Numbered from the stretch's first letter, positions 24,601 through 39,274 are shown. The stretch: 64,000 nt of DNA from Octopus sinensis (GCF_006345805.1 NC_043024.1:682001-746000), one strand, 5' to 3'. Numbers and translations are program-made. Notes: generated by a model not told the origin, from the sequence alone.

Positions 24601-26669
24601 TAAAAGATTATTATTATTATTATGGCAAGCTGGTAGAAACATTAGCACATGAAGCAGCATTTCATCTGTCTTTATATTCTCAGTTCAAATTCAGCTAAGT
24701 TCTGATTTCCCTCTCATCCTTTTGGGTCAATAAAATAAGTAGTAGTTGTGCACTGGGGTTGATGTAATTGACTTGTCCCCTATCCTGATTTCAAAGCCAT
24801 TATTATTATGCAAGAGAGCTCTGGGGTACAAATATATGAAGCCCAGTATACTGATCATGAGTACCCATCTGATAAGTGTACACCAGGCATATGCATTACA
24901 ACCATATGGGTGCAACATGGTGATCTCATATCAAGGTAAACCACGTATGACCTTGCGGGTGTTGATAAATTAAGTATCAATGAAACAATGGGTTTGATGT
25001 GATCGGCTAGTCCCTTCCCCCAAAATTTCAGGCCTTGTGCCTTTAGTAGAAAGGATTATTATTAAGGTGGTGAGCTGGCAGAATCATTAGCATACTGGAC
25101 AAAATGCTTAGCAGTATTTTGTCCGTCTTAACATTCTGAGTTCAAATTCCACCAGTGTTGACTTTGCCTTGATGAATCCTTTTGGAAGGTCAATAGAAAT
25201 ATGTACTGGTCAAGCACTGGGGTCCATGTGATCAACTGTCTCCCTCTCCCCAATTTTAGGCCCTGTGCCTGTAACATGTGAGATTGGGTGGTGTGTTGTG
25301 CTCTTAAGCAAGGCACTTCATCTCACATCGCTCTGCAATCACTTTGACACCTGGTGCATAGCACACCCTACACTTGTTCAGGCAATGTCAATTTGATGGA
25401 GTGAGTGAACATTTGATCACTGTAAACAAATCATTTGTGCAGGTTGTTTGGCAAAAATGGAACACTCATACATTGTCTTCAATGGGAAAGTCAATCAACA
25501 TTATTAAGGTGGTGAGTTGGCAGAATCGTTAGCAGACTGGGTGAAATGCTTAGTGGCATTTTGTCCATCCGTATGGTCTGTGTTAAAATTCCACTGAGGT
25601 CAGCATAAAAGATTAGTCCCCTCTCTCAAAATTTCAGGCCTTGTGTCTATAGTAGAAAGGATTGCTATTGTTATCTTGTAATAATTCTGCTTGTTACTGC
25701 GATACTTAGCCCGTCGGTAATGCTGTCATGTGATTAAAGAAAAAGAGGGAGAAAGAAAGGGAGAGAGAGAACCGTCCATGTCATGAGGTAAAGGGAATGC
25801 AGTTGTAACACTTTCACGTGATTAGTTGAAGAGGAAGAGAACAGAAAGAAAAAGGAGAAAAAGAGGATTAGGCGAAGAGGGAGAAAGAAGTGTCCATGAC
25901 GTGAGGTAGGAGGAACATAATATTTATTACAGAGCTAAAAATATAATTTTAGCTGAGGGGTGATGTTCTGATGGTGAGGTTAAAGAAAAGCAGAGAGAGA
26001 GGTGGTGGTGGTGATTGGATAGTAAAAAGTGTCCTTTTTTTCTTTTTAATTTAACTAAGTTCTTTGATATCATCTATCACTTAATGCATGTGCATAAGTG
26101 CAGTTCCTTGAAATATTTGTGCTTATTTATGTAGCAGACATATGCAATTTAACTAGAGGTTGTATCATGTACAGTTATCTTGAAATATTCATGGGTCCCC
26201 CTAGTTATTATTAAACTGGAAGAATTGTTAGCACACTGGGCAAAATATTTAGCAACATTTAGTCTGTGTTTATGTTCTGAGTTCAAATTCCACGAAGGTC
26301 GACTTTGCTTTTCATCTTTTCAGGGTCGATAAAATAAGTACCAGTCAAGCACTGGGGTTGATGTAATTAATTTACCCCCTACCCCTAAATTGCTGGCCTT
26401 GTGTCAAAATTCAAAACCATTATTATTAGTAGTAGTAGTAGTAGTAGTAGCAGCAGCAGTAGCAGCAATGTATTGGCAGGATTGAAGTGCTCGACAAAAT
26501 ACCTTGCAGTATTTCTTCCACCTGTGTTTGCATCCCACCAAGCTGGACTTTGCCTTTTCCTCCCTGTAGGGATAGGCTTAATCCACTGACCCCCTCCCTT
26601 AAATATTTGATTTTTTATTAAAAAATTTTCCCCCTATTTAATGCTAATTACTGCTAATCTACCTTTCAG

Positions 26670-26840
26670 GAATGGAACGACAGAGCAGCACTACCCAACC
26701 ATGTAATAACCATGCTAAACAACTTCCCCAGTAACCTTCATCCCATGTCTCAGTTTAGCGCTGCCATTACAGCACTGAACAGTGAAAGCAAATTTGCAAA
26801 AGCTTATTCTGATGGAGTCCACAAGACTACCTATTGGCAG
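26670..26840 (+). CDS. CS: Citrate synthase exon ([12 protein letters not shown]...LHPMSQF...KTTYWQ)
   Basis: tttcag acceptor and gtaaaa donor, 171 nt. LHPMSQ motif. Confidence 0.97.
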
Positions 26841-27672
26841 GTAAAATTAACTTTTATATCTTTTGTTCAAAACTCTACAGCAGCTGCTTCCATCTTCTTG
26901 TTTTTCTTTTTTCTACCTCTTCATTCTTTCTTCCTTTTTCCCCTTTTCCTTCTTCCTTCTTCCTTCCTCCTCCATCATCATCATCAAACCCTTGATCAAA
27001 AGCATTCCAACACTTTCTAGTCTGTCTTTCCTTTTTTTCCTCCAAGACATTATAGCCAGGATTACAAAAGCCAATGTACCCTTTCCTTAAAAAAAGATAA
27101 TAAATAGATTAAAAAAAAATCAAGATTGAGGTGGGGTTGGCTGCTATTCTACGAGACTTTCATGATTGCTTAAAAAGGATTTTTAAAAAATGTTTAGCAA
27201 TCTACCATTGTTTATTTACTTTGGCAGTATTTCTCGTTTACCTGGTATTTTCGCCTCCTTGTTCAGTTGAATTCCTTGTAAAGCAGGAAATGGTGAACTG
27301 TATGTTAAAATTCAGTCAGCTAAAAATGTATCAGTCACTCAGAATACTGATGGTGTCAAAGTTCATTGTTTACAAATGTCTTCTTATAGATAGTTCTGTC
27401 TTCAGGTGTTTTTTTTGGTATTTTTGTTTACAATTTTTCAACCATGAAATTCATCATACAAGGTACAGATGGGTTGCTCTGTGGTAATAAGCTTGCTTCA
27501 CAACCACATAGTTCTAGGTTCAGTCAAGCTATGTGGTACCTTGTGGCTAGTGTCTTCTAACAATAGCTTCGAGGCCAACCAAAGCCTTGTGACTGAATTT
27601 GGTAAATGGAAACTGAAAGAAGCCCATCTTTCTCTCTCTCCCTCCCTTTCTCTCTCTATACGTATAAATATG

Positions 27673-27720
<48 letters not shown>

Positions 27721-28072
27721 CATATATATATGTGTGTGTGTGTGTATTTGTATATAATGTATATATGTTTGTATATGTATATGTGTGTATCACCATCCGA
27801 ACATGGCCGATTCCAGCGCCGCCTTGATAGGCTTCCGTGCCACAGGCACGGAAAACGCACCAACGGATCGTGGCCGTTGTCAGCCTCCCCTGGCACGTAA
27901 AAAGCACCCACTACACTCACGGATTGGTTGGCATTAGGAAGGGCATCCAGCTGTAGAAACACTGCCAGATCAGACTGGAGCCTGGTGCAGCCTCCTGGCT
28001 TCCCAGATCCCGGTCAAACCGTCCAACACATGCTAGCATTGAAAGTGGACATTAAACGATAATGGTGATGAT

Positions 28073-28106
<34 letters not shown>

Positions 28107-28213
28107 GAATTTTTATTTTTAGATATAAGTGATGTACTCAAGTGTAGTTATGTTTTTAGCTTGTGCTTTTTCCATGATCATACGTGAGTATTTTATTTAT
28201 ATCCCATCGAAAG

Positions 28214-28276
28214 TTCTACTGAAGAAGGAATATATCTTTTTTATAAGATTAAGTCCGAAATTGATTCAATATAGAG
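28214..28276 (+). ncRNA. Hammerhead ribozyme motif in a CS intron (sense strand)
   Basis: TTCTA/TAGAG stem I; CTGAAGA plus one extra A; stem II GGA..ATCTT/AAGAT..TCC; GAAA; stem III ATTG-ATT-CAAT; ATA triplet. Sits in a ~300-bp segment between TA-rich tracts. Confidence 0.65.
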
Positions 28277-28409
28277 ATAACGAAATTTAAATTTTCTAAA
28301 GGTTAGTTGCCCGTTTTCAGTTTCAATTTTCCTGTAACAAGCGGATTATAAATGGATAAAACAGTGTATTTGGCTTTAGAATAACCCTCTTTAGCCCTTA
28401 ATTATATGA

Positions 28410-29005
28410 TGTGTATATATATATATATATATATCTGTGTATATGTGTGGGTGCGTGTGTGTCTGTATATGTGTGGGTGTGTGTGTGTGTATATATATGT
28501 GTCTATATGTGTGTGTGTGTATATATATATATATGTATCTGTGTATATGTGTGTGTATATATGTATGTGTGTTTGTATGTGTATATGTGTGTGTGTATAT
28601 ATATATATGTATGTATGTGTGTTTGTATATATACATATGTATGTGTGTATATATATATTATGTGTGTGTATGTGTATAGACGTATATGTGTGAATATATA
28701 TATGTATTTATATATGTATATATATGTGTATATGCTGGTGGCACGTAAAAAGCACCCACTACACTCACAGAGTGGTTGGCGTTAGGAAGGGCATCCAGCT
28801 GTAGAAACACTGCCGGATCAGGCTGGGCCTGGTGCAGCCTTCTGGCTTCCCAGACCCCAGTCGAACCGTCCAACCCATGCTAGCATGGAAAGCGAACGTT
28901 AAATGATAATGATGATGATGTGTGTATATATATGTGTGTGTGTACATGTATAAATGTGTATATGTATGTATATATATGTGTGTGTGTGTATATATATATA
29001 CACAC

Positions 29006-29036
<31 letters not shown>

Positions 29037-29219
29037 CACACATATATATATACATATTATATATATATACACACATATATATATATACATTATATATATA
29101 TATATATATATACATACACACACATATATATATATATTATATATATATATATATATACACACATATATATATATACACACATATATATACACACACACAT
29201 ATATATATATATATACACG

Positions 29220-29308
<89 letters not shown>

Positions 29309-29640
29309 ATATATATATATACACACCATATATATATACACACATATATTATATATATATATACACACATATATATATATACCACACACATATATATATA
29401 TACACACACATATAATATATACACACATATTATATATATATACACACATATAATATATATACACACATAATATATATATATATACATATATATATACACA
29501 TATATATATATACACACATATATATATACACATATATATATACACATATATATATACACACACATATATATACACATATACACACATATATATATACACA
29601 CACATATATATACACACATATATATATATATATATGCATG

Positions 29641-29696
<56 letters not shown>

Positions 29697-29708
29697 CACA
29701 CCCACATA

Positions 29709-29739
<31 letters not shown>

Positions 29740-29925
29740 CTTGTACTCTTTTTTTTTTTACGTTGTCTGAAAAAAGTTCGTTTCTATGTTTTTGTTTTTA
29801 TGTCTTCATTTCTCATCGTGTTTAATGTTATTTTGATGTCCCGTACCCATATATGCATGTACATATATATGTAGGTATGTACATATATGTATGTATATAT
29901 GCATATATTTATATATTATTTATAT

Positions 29926-29956
<31 letters not shown>

Positions 29957-30085
29957 ATATATGTATATATGTATTTGCATATATATGTATTTGTATATGT
30001 ATGTATTTTTATATATATGTATGCATATGTATTTGTATATATACATATATTTATATATATGTATGTATCTGTATATATATTTATA
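28410..30085. repeat. Compound (TA)/(TG)/(CA) microsatellite field with an embedded RTE tail
   Basis: Directly visible. Source of many spurious Y/I/C/V ORFs. Confidence 0.95.
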
Positions 30086-31459
30086 TTGAATGCACAATGT
30101 GTGTGTCTTTGCTGCTTGGCTGTCAAAGTAAGTGAAAAATGGTAGATTGCTAAACATTGTTTCTTTTCTTTTTTCTTGGTCATTAAAAAGAAAATGAAGT
30201 AACACATCCGTAATCAACAACTTCAAGCCGTCATGGAAGTCTTGTAGAATAGCAGCCAACCCCTCCTCAATCTTTATTTATTTGTTTGTTTTTCTCATAA
30301 GGCAAAGAGTACATTGGCTTTTGTAATCCTGGATAGATGTCTTGTAGGAAAAAAAAGAAAAACGGATAGACATACTAAAAAGTATTGGAATGCTTTTGAT
30401 CAAGGGTATGTTGATGATGATGATGATGAAGGAGGAGGAGGAAAGAAGAAGAAAGGAAAACATATCTGTATATATGTATATACATTATTAAAGTGGCTAA
30501 TCACAATTTAAAACCCAAAGGTACAAGTACAATCATCACTAAAGTGTCAGCACTAGCATTGCTAGAAATAAGAATGGAACCAACAACTGTTAGCCACAAG
30601 CAAGGGAGATAACCTCTCTACAGCAAGCGAGTGTCAGATCATTGATGATGGCAGATTCAATTAATGCTCATTAGTGACACTTACTCCGTTGCCTAGGGTT
30701 AAACTGAGCTCACCTTGTCAGTTTATTGAAAATACTATAGGAATCAGTGGCTGATTTGCTAAAATGGTAAGGGGAGAATTAGAAATTAAGGTGGCTAGTT
30801 GCAATCTCACCTGTCTATGACTATGACCTCCAGGTGTTTTAACATCAGGCACTTTGAATGGGTCACAACCACCGCATCAAATCACTAGAATGTTAAAACT
30901 TAGTGCACATGCACAGCAGAGTTCAAGGTCAATCTGTGCTTTAGCTTCATTACTTAAGCAACGGGCCGGATACTTATTGATCAGACCATTATATATATCT
31001 TTTTAATTTGTTTATGGAAACATTTTGAATATGTAAAATAAAGCTCCTATTCCATTATCTCAGATAGAGTCTAATGATGCTGGCTTGTGAACCAGTTTTT
31101 TGGGATTGTACTGATCTGTACAGATATAATGTAGGATAAATATAATAATAATAACAACAATAATCCTTGGATGGAACTTATAAACATTTAAGGCATTGCT
31201 ATGCACATTTCCACAAATCCCATGTTTCTTAAGCTAACAGTCCGTTTTCCTGGGATGATTGTTGTGTAGTCCATAGTATCAATGGGCATCAGGTAGATTA
31301 TCATTATGGATGCATGTCTTCAGGTGATATAGCAATAATGGATGTTTAAGCCCAAATAAATTATATTTGTCATAATTACTAAATTTTTGAATTGATATAT
31401 TAGTTTCTTTCATGACTATTTCTTTCTTTTAAAGAACTTTTTCTTTGTATTTCTTACAG

Positions 31460-31659
31460 TATGTTTATGAAGATTCCATGAATCTCATTGCCAAACTGCC
31501 CACCATAGCAGCAATTATTTACCGAAATCTGTACCGTGATGGCACCTCGGTTGGTGCCATTGATCCAGATAAGGACTGGACATGGAACTTTACCTCCATG
31601 TTAGGGTTTGAAGATCCAGCATTTACTGAACTCATGAGATTGTACCTCACTATTCACAG
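31460..31659 (+). CDS. CS: Citrate synthase exon ([14 protein letters not shown]...[13 protein letters not shown])
   Basis: ttacag acceptor and gttggt donor, 200 nt. Ends in phase 2 (AG), completing Ser with the next exon. Confidence 0.97.
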
Positions 31660-33489
31660 GTTGGTCTTGAATTACTGCATGGATTTATATAATCCTTTGT
31701 GCAACTTCTGTTCATTGCGTCTTTGAATATTTGTCTGTGGATTTTTTTCCTGTATATTTGTGTGTGTTTTTCTATATTCGCACGTGAGTGTGCTTTTCTG
31801 TGTTTGCATGTGTGTATGTGTTTTCTGTATTTAACTGTATGGTAGGTTTTTGTGTGTGTATATGTGTGTTCCGTATTTGTGTGTGTGTATGGCTAAGTAT
31901 TTGTATGAGTGTTCTGTATTTGAAGGTGAAGTTATGTGGCTTAGTGGTTATGGTATTCAACTTAGTCATAAGGTCATGAGTTCAATACCCAACAGTATGT
32001 TGTGTCCCTGAGCAAAGACATTTTATTTCACATTGCTCCAGTCCACTCAGCTGACAAGAGTAGAACCTGTATTTCAAAGGGCCAGACTTGTCACATTCTG
32101 TGTCATGCTGAATCTCCCTGAGGACTACATTACCCTTTAAATCAGCCACATCCGGCCAAATTTTTTATGCTCAAACCAACCAGATCTGGCTTCACATACC
32201 CTACGTCATTCCCCCAAACAATTGCATCACTGGAATCTCAAAGCCACAAGATAATACATAATCAATTTAAAACAATCTGCATAAATAAATATTATATTTG
32301 ACAGTAAAATCTGAAGGCTAAAAGGTTAAGGGTATGCATGTCTGTGGAGTACTCAGCCACTTGCACATCAATTTCACAAGCAGGCTGTTCGGTTGATTAG
32401 ACCAACTAGAACCCTTGTCATCCTAAACGACAGAGTGCCAGTGTTGTGCTCTCTAATGCTACCAAGTATTTGAGAGTTCGATTCCTGATGGTTCAGTGTG
32501 TCCTTGGGCAAGACACTTTATTTCATGTTGCTCCAGTCGACTCGGCTGGCAAAAATGAGTAGTACCTGTAATACAAAGGGGGCCAGCATAGTCACATTCT
32601 GTGTTTCACACTGAATCTCACTGATGACTATGTTCGGGGTATGCACATCTGTGGAACACTCAGCCACTTGCACGAGCCAGCTGTTTCATTGATCAGATCA
32701 ACTGGAACGCTCGGCTTTGTGATTGACAGAATGCAAGTTATTCAGATTTTGTGAAAAGGCTTATCCTTATTGGAGTCCTCAACCACAGTCAGCCTTGTGT
32801 TAAATGTTTATTCATGTTTCAGTCTGGATGTTAATGCTGTATGTGTGGTGGTGGTGGTGGTGGTGGTGGTGGTGATGGTGGTGGTGGTGGTGGTGGTGGT
32901 GGGAGTGTAGGTAATGATGGATGCATTGAAGTAAGCACTCTTTCTCTCACTTTCACCCTTGCCTTTTTTTCCTTATATCACTCTTAATAACTGTCTCTTG
33001 TAACCTTACTCCCCTTCTTTTTCAATATCACTCTCTTCTCTTCATCTTTTTGTCTCTTTTTTTATTTTCGCTCCTTCATACTCTTCTGTTCACATTCTTG
33101 TACTCTTTCATTCAATTTTTTCTTCTTTTGTTTCCTCTCATCCTTTCTCATCCATCATTCCTCGATCCAACCAACTAGATTAAGTTGGGAGACTATTCTA
33201 AGTCTGCAATGGTACACTGCACACTTCTCTGCAAATGTTTCTTTCTTCTCTCTATTATTATTGAATCGCTGGCACACTGGGGTCGATGTAATCAACTGGT
33301 TCCTTCTCCCCAAATTTCAGGACTTGTACCCTTAGAAGAAAGGATTGTGGCGTTAGGAAGGGCATCCAGCCGTAGAAACACTGCCAGATCAGACTGGGCC
33401 TGATGCAGCCTTCTGGCTTCACAGACCCCAGTTGAACCGTCCAACCCATGCTAGCATGGAAAGCAGACGCTAAATGGTGATGATGATGA

Positions 33490-34280
33490 TGATGAAGGTG
33501 GCAAGCTGGCAGAATAGTTAGCATCCTGGGCAAAATGTTATTAATAGTATTTTGTCTGTTTTCGTGTTCTGAGTTCAAATGTTGCTGTGGTTGATTTTGC
33601 CTTTCATCCTTTTGGGGTCAGTAAGTACCAGTTGAGTACTGGGGTCAATGTTATCAACTTTCCCCGCTGCCATCAAATTTCAGTCCTTCTGCCAAGAGTA
33701 GAAAGGATTATTAGTCAACATTGGCGGAATTCTGAATTCAGATTCCACCAAGGTTGACTTTCACCCTCTCAGGGTTGATAAAATAAGTAGTAGTTGCATA
33801 TTGGGGGAGGGGTCGATGTAATTGACATATGCCCTGAAATTATTGGCTTGGTGTTGCTGGCAGAATCATTAGCACGCCAGGTAAAATGCTTAACGTTATT
33901 TCACCTGTCTCGTTACGTTCTGAGTTCAAATGTTGCCGAGATCAACTTTGCCTGTAATCCTTTTGGGTTCAATAAATTAGTACCAGTCGAGCACTGGTGT
34001 CAATGTAATTGACTAGCCCTCTCCCCCAAATTTCAGGCCTTGTACCTTTAGTAGAAAGCATTATTATTAAGGTGGTGAGCTGGCAGAATTGTTAGCACAC
34101 TGGAAAAAATGCTTAGTGGTATTTCGCTTGTCGCTACATTCTGAGTTCAAATTCCACCAAGCTTGACTTTGTCTTTCATCCTTTTGGGATCAATAAAATA
34201 AATACCAGTTGAAGACTGGGGTCAATGCAACTGACTCATCCCTTCCCCCAAAATTGCTGCCCTTGTGGCAAAATTTGAAA
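33490..34280 (+). mobile_element. Cluster of a third SINE family (ggtggtgagctggcagaatc...gagttcaaattcc...gactttgcctttcatcc)
   Basis: Tandem partial copies with (TAT)n tails. Also at about 940-1350 (-), 15310-15730 (-), 24620-25670, 26210-26430 and 47185-47400. The central block resembles the Meta/MESC SINE domain (from recall). Confidence 0.6.
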
Positions 34281-35015
34281 CCATTATTATTATTATTATA
34301 AAGATGAGTAATAATGAGACATGTAATACGATGCACACACATCTTCTGTGAGTGTTTGTGTGTGTGATTCTGCAACTTGCAGAAACCTGCAGATTTCTTT
34401 TACATCTGATAGGAATAGAACAGAATGACAGAGAGAGAGAAATTTGATATTTTTTCCAATGTGTTGGGTATTTTTAAAAGTGCTACCAGACTGGTTAAAT
34501 AAATATGTGTGGTGGTGGTGGTGGTGCATGTATGACTTTCCCTCTTCAATATTTGGGGCGCGGGGTGGGGTGGGGGATAAAATAGTGCAGCTGCCTTGTC
34601 TTGCTGGGCACTGATTGACTGCAGAAGGAGTTTTGTTTAAAATGCACACAGTTGTGGTATAAACTTTGACAGTTTGACCTTCTCTGCCATAAATCATTCA
34701 GGTCTTGCTCTATTTCTGTATTTTAGTAAAAAAGATGTCATTTTGGTTTTATTCTTTTCTGCTGGTAACTGGCAGAATTGGTAGAGCATCACACACAATG
34801 CCTTGGGTTTTTGTTAGGTATCTTCATGTTCAAATCTTGCTCTGGTTGACTTAGCTTCTTTTTCTTCTTCTTCTGAGAGCAAGTGTGGTGTGCTATAGCC
34901 CTGAGCTGACCAAGTTCTTCTGAGTGGTTTTGGTAGACAGTAACTGAAAGAAACTCATGTGTGTTAGAGAGTGAATGAGGGAAAGAGGGAGGTTTGATTC
35001 AGCTCCCTGCCCATT

Positions 35016-35205
35016 TTAACCCTTTCGTTACTGAATTCATTTTGAGATGCTCTGTAAAATAACTTGGTAATCATTAAGCTAGTGTTAGGAACATAAATTG
35101 TGACTAAGGTATGGTGGAAGATTTTAATTCAGAACTTATGAAAATGAGACATTTGTACTACAGAGCCAGAGCTGGTTTCAGCCAGGTTGATATCAAAAGG
35201 GTTAA
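35016..35205. mobile_element. piggyBac-type MITE, second family
   Basis: TTAA-CCCTTT...AAAGGG-TTAA. Confidence 0.65.
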
Positions 35206-35534
35206 ATGATAAATATAACTCCTACTAAATGTGTTGAATACTTTTTTTTTGTCCACTCGTGTGTGTGTGTCTCATCATCATTTAATGTTTGCTTTCCCTA
35301 CTGGCATGGGTTGGACAGTTTGACAGGAGCTGGGTAAGGCAGAAGACTGCACCAGGCTTCAGTGTCTGTTTTGGCATGGTTTTTTATGGCTGGATGCCTT
35401 TCCTAACACCAACCATCATGCAGAGTTGATCAAGTGCTTTTTACATGATGCCACCATAGGCGAGGTGGCATCAAAATATATATATATATATATATATATA
35501 CATACACACACACACACACACACACACATAGCCA

Positions 35535-37421
35535 TGGGTGAAGCAGAAAAGAAGTTTGCCAATGTCCAGTGACGTGAGGACCAAAGAATTGAGGTATTTC
35601 GGATTGCTAGACAGTGTGTTAGAGAAAATTGTGATGTCACAGGAGAGAAATGCGTCTGCATGGATGATGGGGCACTTGCTTTTAATGTTTCTGAAAAGAA
35701 AGAGGCTTGGAGAAGCCATTATGAAAGACTGCTGAATGTGGAGAATGAATGGGAGGAGGAGAGCCAGTAGAGGGACCAGCTATCCCAATAGACAGCTCCC
35801 TAGTAGATAAGGCAATTAAAGGTATGAAACCAGGAAAAGCTCCCGGCCCATCAGGAATCACTGCTGAAATACTTAAAACATCTGGTGGTATGGGCTATGG
35901 CCTAGTCACCCGCATTGCAAACCAGGTAGTTCATGATGGAGTCATACACAATGACTGGCGTAGCAGCACCATAGTCAACTGCTACAAGAGTATAGGTGAT
36001 GCTCTAGATAGAAATAACTACAAGGGATCAGGTAATGAAGGTTAGGGAGAGAGTCTGCTTAGATGATAAGCAGTTCGGTTTTGTTCCGGGTAGAAGCACC
36101 ACTGATGCCATATTCCTGGTTCGACAACTGCAGGAGTAATACCTAGCTAAAGATAAACCCCTCTACTAGCTTTTGTGGAATTGGAGAAAGCCTTTGACAG
36201 GGTCTGCTGATCCCTTATCTGGTGGGCAATGTAGAAATTGGAGATTGACGAATGGTTGATAAGGGCTGTACAGGCCCTATACAGAGAGGCTGTTAGTAAG
36301 GTTAGGATTGGCAATGAGTATAGTGAAGAATTCCAGGTAGAAATAGGGGTCCACCAAGGTTCAGCCCTCAGTCCCCTTTTATTCATCATAGTCCTCCAGG
36401 CAATAACAGAGGAATTCAAGATGGGTTGCCCCTGGGAGCTCCTCTGTGCTGATGACCTGGCCCTCATAGCAGAATCACTACCGGAACTAGAAAAGAAATT
36501 TCGGGTGTGGAAGCTAGGTTTAGAATCAAAAGGCCTTAGAGTCAATGTAGCAAAGTTATAGTAAGTAGGAAGGCGAACTCATCATACACCTTCTTATGTA
36601 GGTAGCCCTGCTCGATCTGTAGAAAAATTGTAGGTAGAAACTCCATAAGATGTACCCAGTGTAGGCTATAGACACATAAAAGGTGCAGCAACATCAAAGG
36701 AAAATTAACCGAGAAGATAGCTTATGTGTGCAGCAGATGCACAAGAGCAATAGACACCACAAATACTCAGAAAACAGATTCCATCATGCTCCAGGGGGAG
36801 AAACTAGAAGTGGTTGATAGTTTCCGCTACCTAGGTGACCAAGTTAGTATTGAGGGTGGATGTTCAGCGAGTATTACCACTAGAATAAGAATAGCCTGGG
36901 CAAAGTTTAGAAAGCTTCTACCCCTACTAGTGACAAAGGGTCTCTTGCTCAGAGTGAAAGGTAGATTGTACGATGCATGTGTGCGAACTGCCATGCTTCA
37001 CGGTAGTGAAATATGGGCTGTGACTGCAGAGGACATGCGTAGACTTGAAAGAAATGAAGCTAGCATGATCTGCTGGATGTGTAATGTCAGTGTGCACATA
37101 CAACAGAGTGTAAGCACCCTGAGAGAAATGCTGGACATAAGAAGCATTGGATGTGGTGTGCAAGAGAGATGTTTGCGCTGGTATAGTCATGTACTATGGA
37201 TGGAATAGAAATTGTAGTTGGATACCTGTGCTGGTGGCACGTAAAAAGCACCCACTACACTCATGGAGTGGTTGGCGTTAGGAAGGGCATCCAGCCGTAG
37301 AAACATTGCCAAATCAGACTGTAGCCAGGTGCAGCCTCTTGGCTTCCCAGACCCCGGTCGAACCGTCCAACCCATTCTAGCATGGAAAACGGATGTTAAA
37401 CGATGATGGTGATGATGATGA
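35535..37421 (+). mobile_element. RTE-clade LINE, decayed 5'-truncated RT copy with 3' UTR and (GAT)n tail
   Basis: MKPGKAPGPSG, QFGFVPGRSTTDAIF, GVHQGSALSPLLF, ADD, FRYLG, RIRIAWAKF. Stops and frameshifts. Confidence 0.9.
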
Positions 37422-39050
37422 TATATATATATATAAATATGGTTCAAAATTGTACAATCAAACAAGACATGGACAGGTGAGAGGATAACAAAATGTATTA
37501 GTTTGACTCTGAAATATTAGGAGAGTCTTTGATGTTTTGAGCCTGTGCTCTTTGATGGAAACAAATGAGGAAAGAAAACAGAGAAAAGACATACGTGTGT
37601 GTGTGTTTGTGTCTCCTTGGGGTATGTGTAAATGAGTGCCGCTGTTATATATGCTGTATCATTCATCTTCAACATTCTGTGAGAACATGTCTGGCCATGA
37701 GGAAATATTACTTTGCTTGTAAGAGAAGGTTGGTGAGAGGAAGGGCATTCATCATATGTATGAAAATCTATTTCAGTAAACTTCATCTGCTCTGTTCAAG
37801 CATGGAAATGTAGATGTTAAAATGATTATGATGTTAATGATAAAATAAATACTAGACAAAGTATGGGTGCCTATATAACTGACTTTACCTTTGAGAGCAG
37901 TGCCCTAGCATGGCTACTGTCCAATAAGTGAAAGCAGTGAAAGAATAAACTTTTGTTCTGGGCTTTAAGAGGTTATGGAGAGGTCATTGCTCTGTTAATG
38001 TCATAGTTTGTGAAAGCCAGTGTATTGTTTAGTAATTGGCACAAAGTGAATATTTGATGGTTCTGATTGTTTTAAAAATACTGACTGAAGCTGGTCTGTG
38101 GGAGGTGCGATGTTGAAATTATACCCTGTCAGTAAGACAGCTTGCTGACCTAAAACAATATGGCATAGAGGGAGAGAAAGAGATGGGTGAGCTAGAAGCT
38201 AAAGTTTGTTGATGAAAATGAAAGAGGTTAGTGTGAAGAGTGAAAATGTTCACGTTTTGAACATTTGTCCTTGCTTAGAAACAAACTTTTGGTCATAGGT
38301 GTACTTAATGAAAGAGGAAGCTTGACCTAGTGGTTAGGGTGCTGCACTCATAATGCAAGATCAGGGGTTTCAATTCCTAGACCAGGCGGTGTGTTGTGTT
38401 CTTGAGCAAAACATGTTGCTCTGATCACATTGACACCTGACATGTGGTACACCATACACCTCTTCAGGTAATATTGAATTGATGGAAGGCAGTGAGCTCA
38501 TGTACAACACAAACTTTGATCATTATAAACAAGTCATTGGTCAAAAAAGCTGAACGCTCAGATGTTGTCTTTGATAGGAGAGTCCATCTTCATATATCCT
38601 GGATGAAAACTGACCTGTGACTGAATAATATTGTTTGTGTACATGTATGTATTCATCATCATCCCCATTGTGTAACATCTGCTTTCCATGCTGGCATGGG
38701 TTGGACAGTTTCACTGAGGACTGCCAAGCCAGGAGGCTGCACCAGGCTCCAACCTGATCTGGCAAGGTTTCTACAGCTGGATGCCCTTCCTGCCGCCAAC
38801 TAATCTGAGAATGTTGTGGATACTTTTTACATGTCACTGGCATCAACCATGCTTGAATAGTGCTTTTTATGTGCCACTGGTATGGGTACCAGTATACACC
38901 TATACTTTAATAACTCCTAATGTACAAGCTAACAAAGGAATTTCAAGTATCAACAAAAAAAAAAGTTTATTGCCTGGTCATTCTTACTTCCCAAATCAGG
39001 GGTTCTCAACCCTTTTTTTTTTTATCTATGGACACCTTTGCTTACTATAG

Positions 39051-39274
39051 TATGAGTGGGTGCTGAAAAGTTCCTGGCTTTGGGTAAAAGAAAATAAAGG
39101 AGGATTGGTTAATTATGATTTTTATGCAACATATTCTCCTCTCAGATTCACACACTTATTGCAGCGGTCCTTCAGTTTTTCTAAGCCCTGTAAAAGAATG
39201 TGGAAGGTTGATCCTCTAACCAAGTCTTTCACAATACCCATAAAGCCAGTAACTTTTTTCAGCACTCCCTTGTA
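39051..39274. mobile_element. Mariner-derived MITE
   Basis: TIRs gtgctgaaaagttcctggcttt / aaagccagtaacttttttcagcac, with TA at both ends. Confidence 0.75.

Noticed and set aside
37520-37560. HHR-like hairpin on the minus strand (gagc-acag-gctc-aaaacatc)
   Set aside because: Neither CUGANGA nor GAAA is intact and the stem register does not fit.
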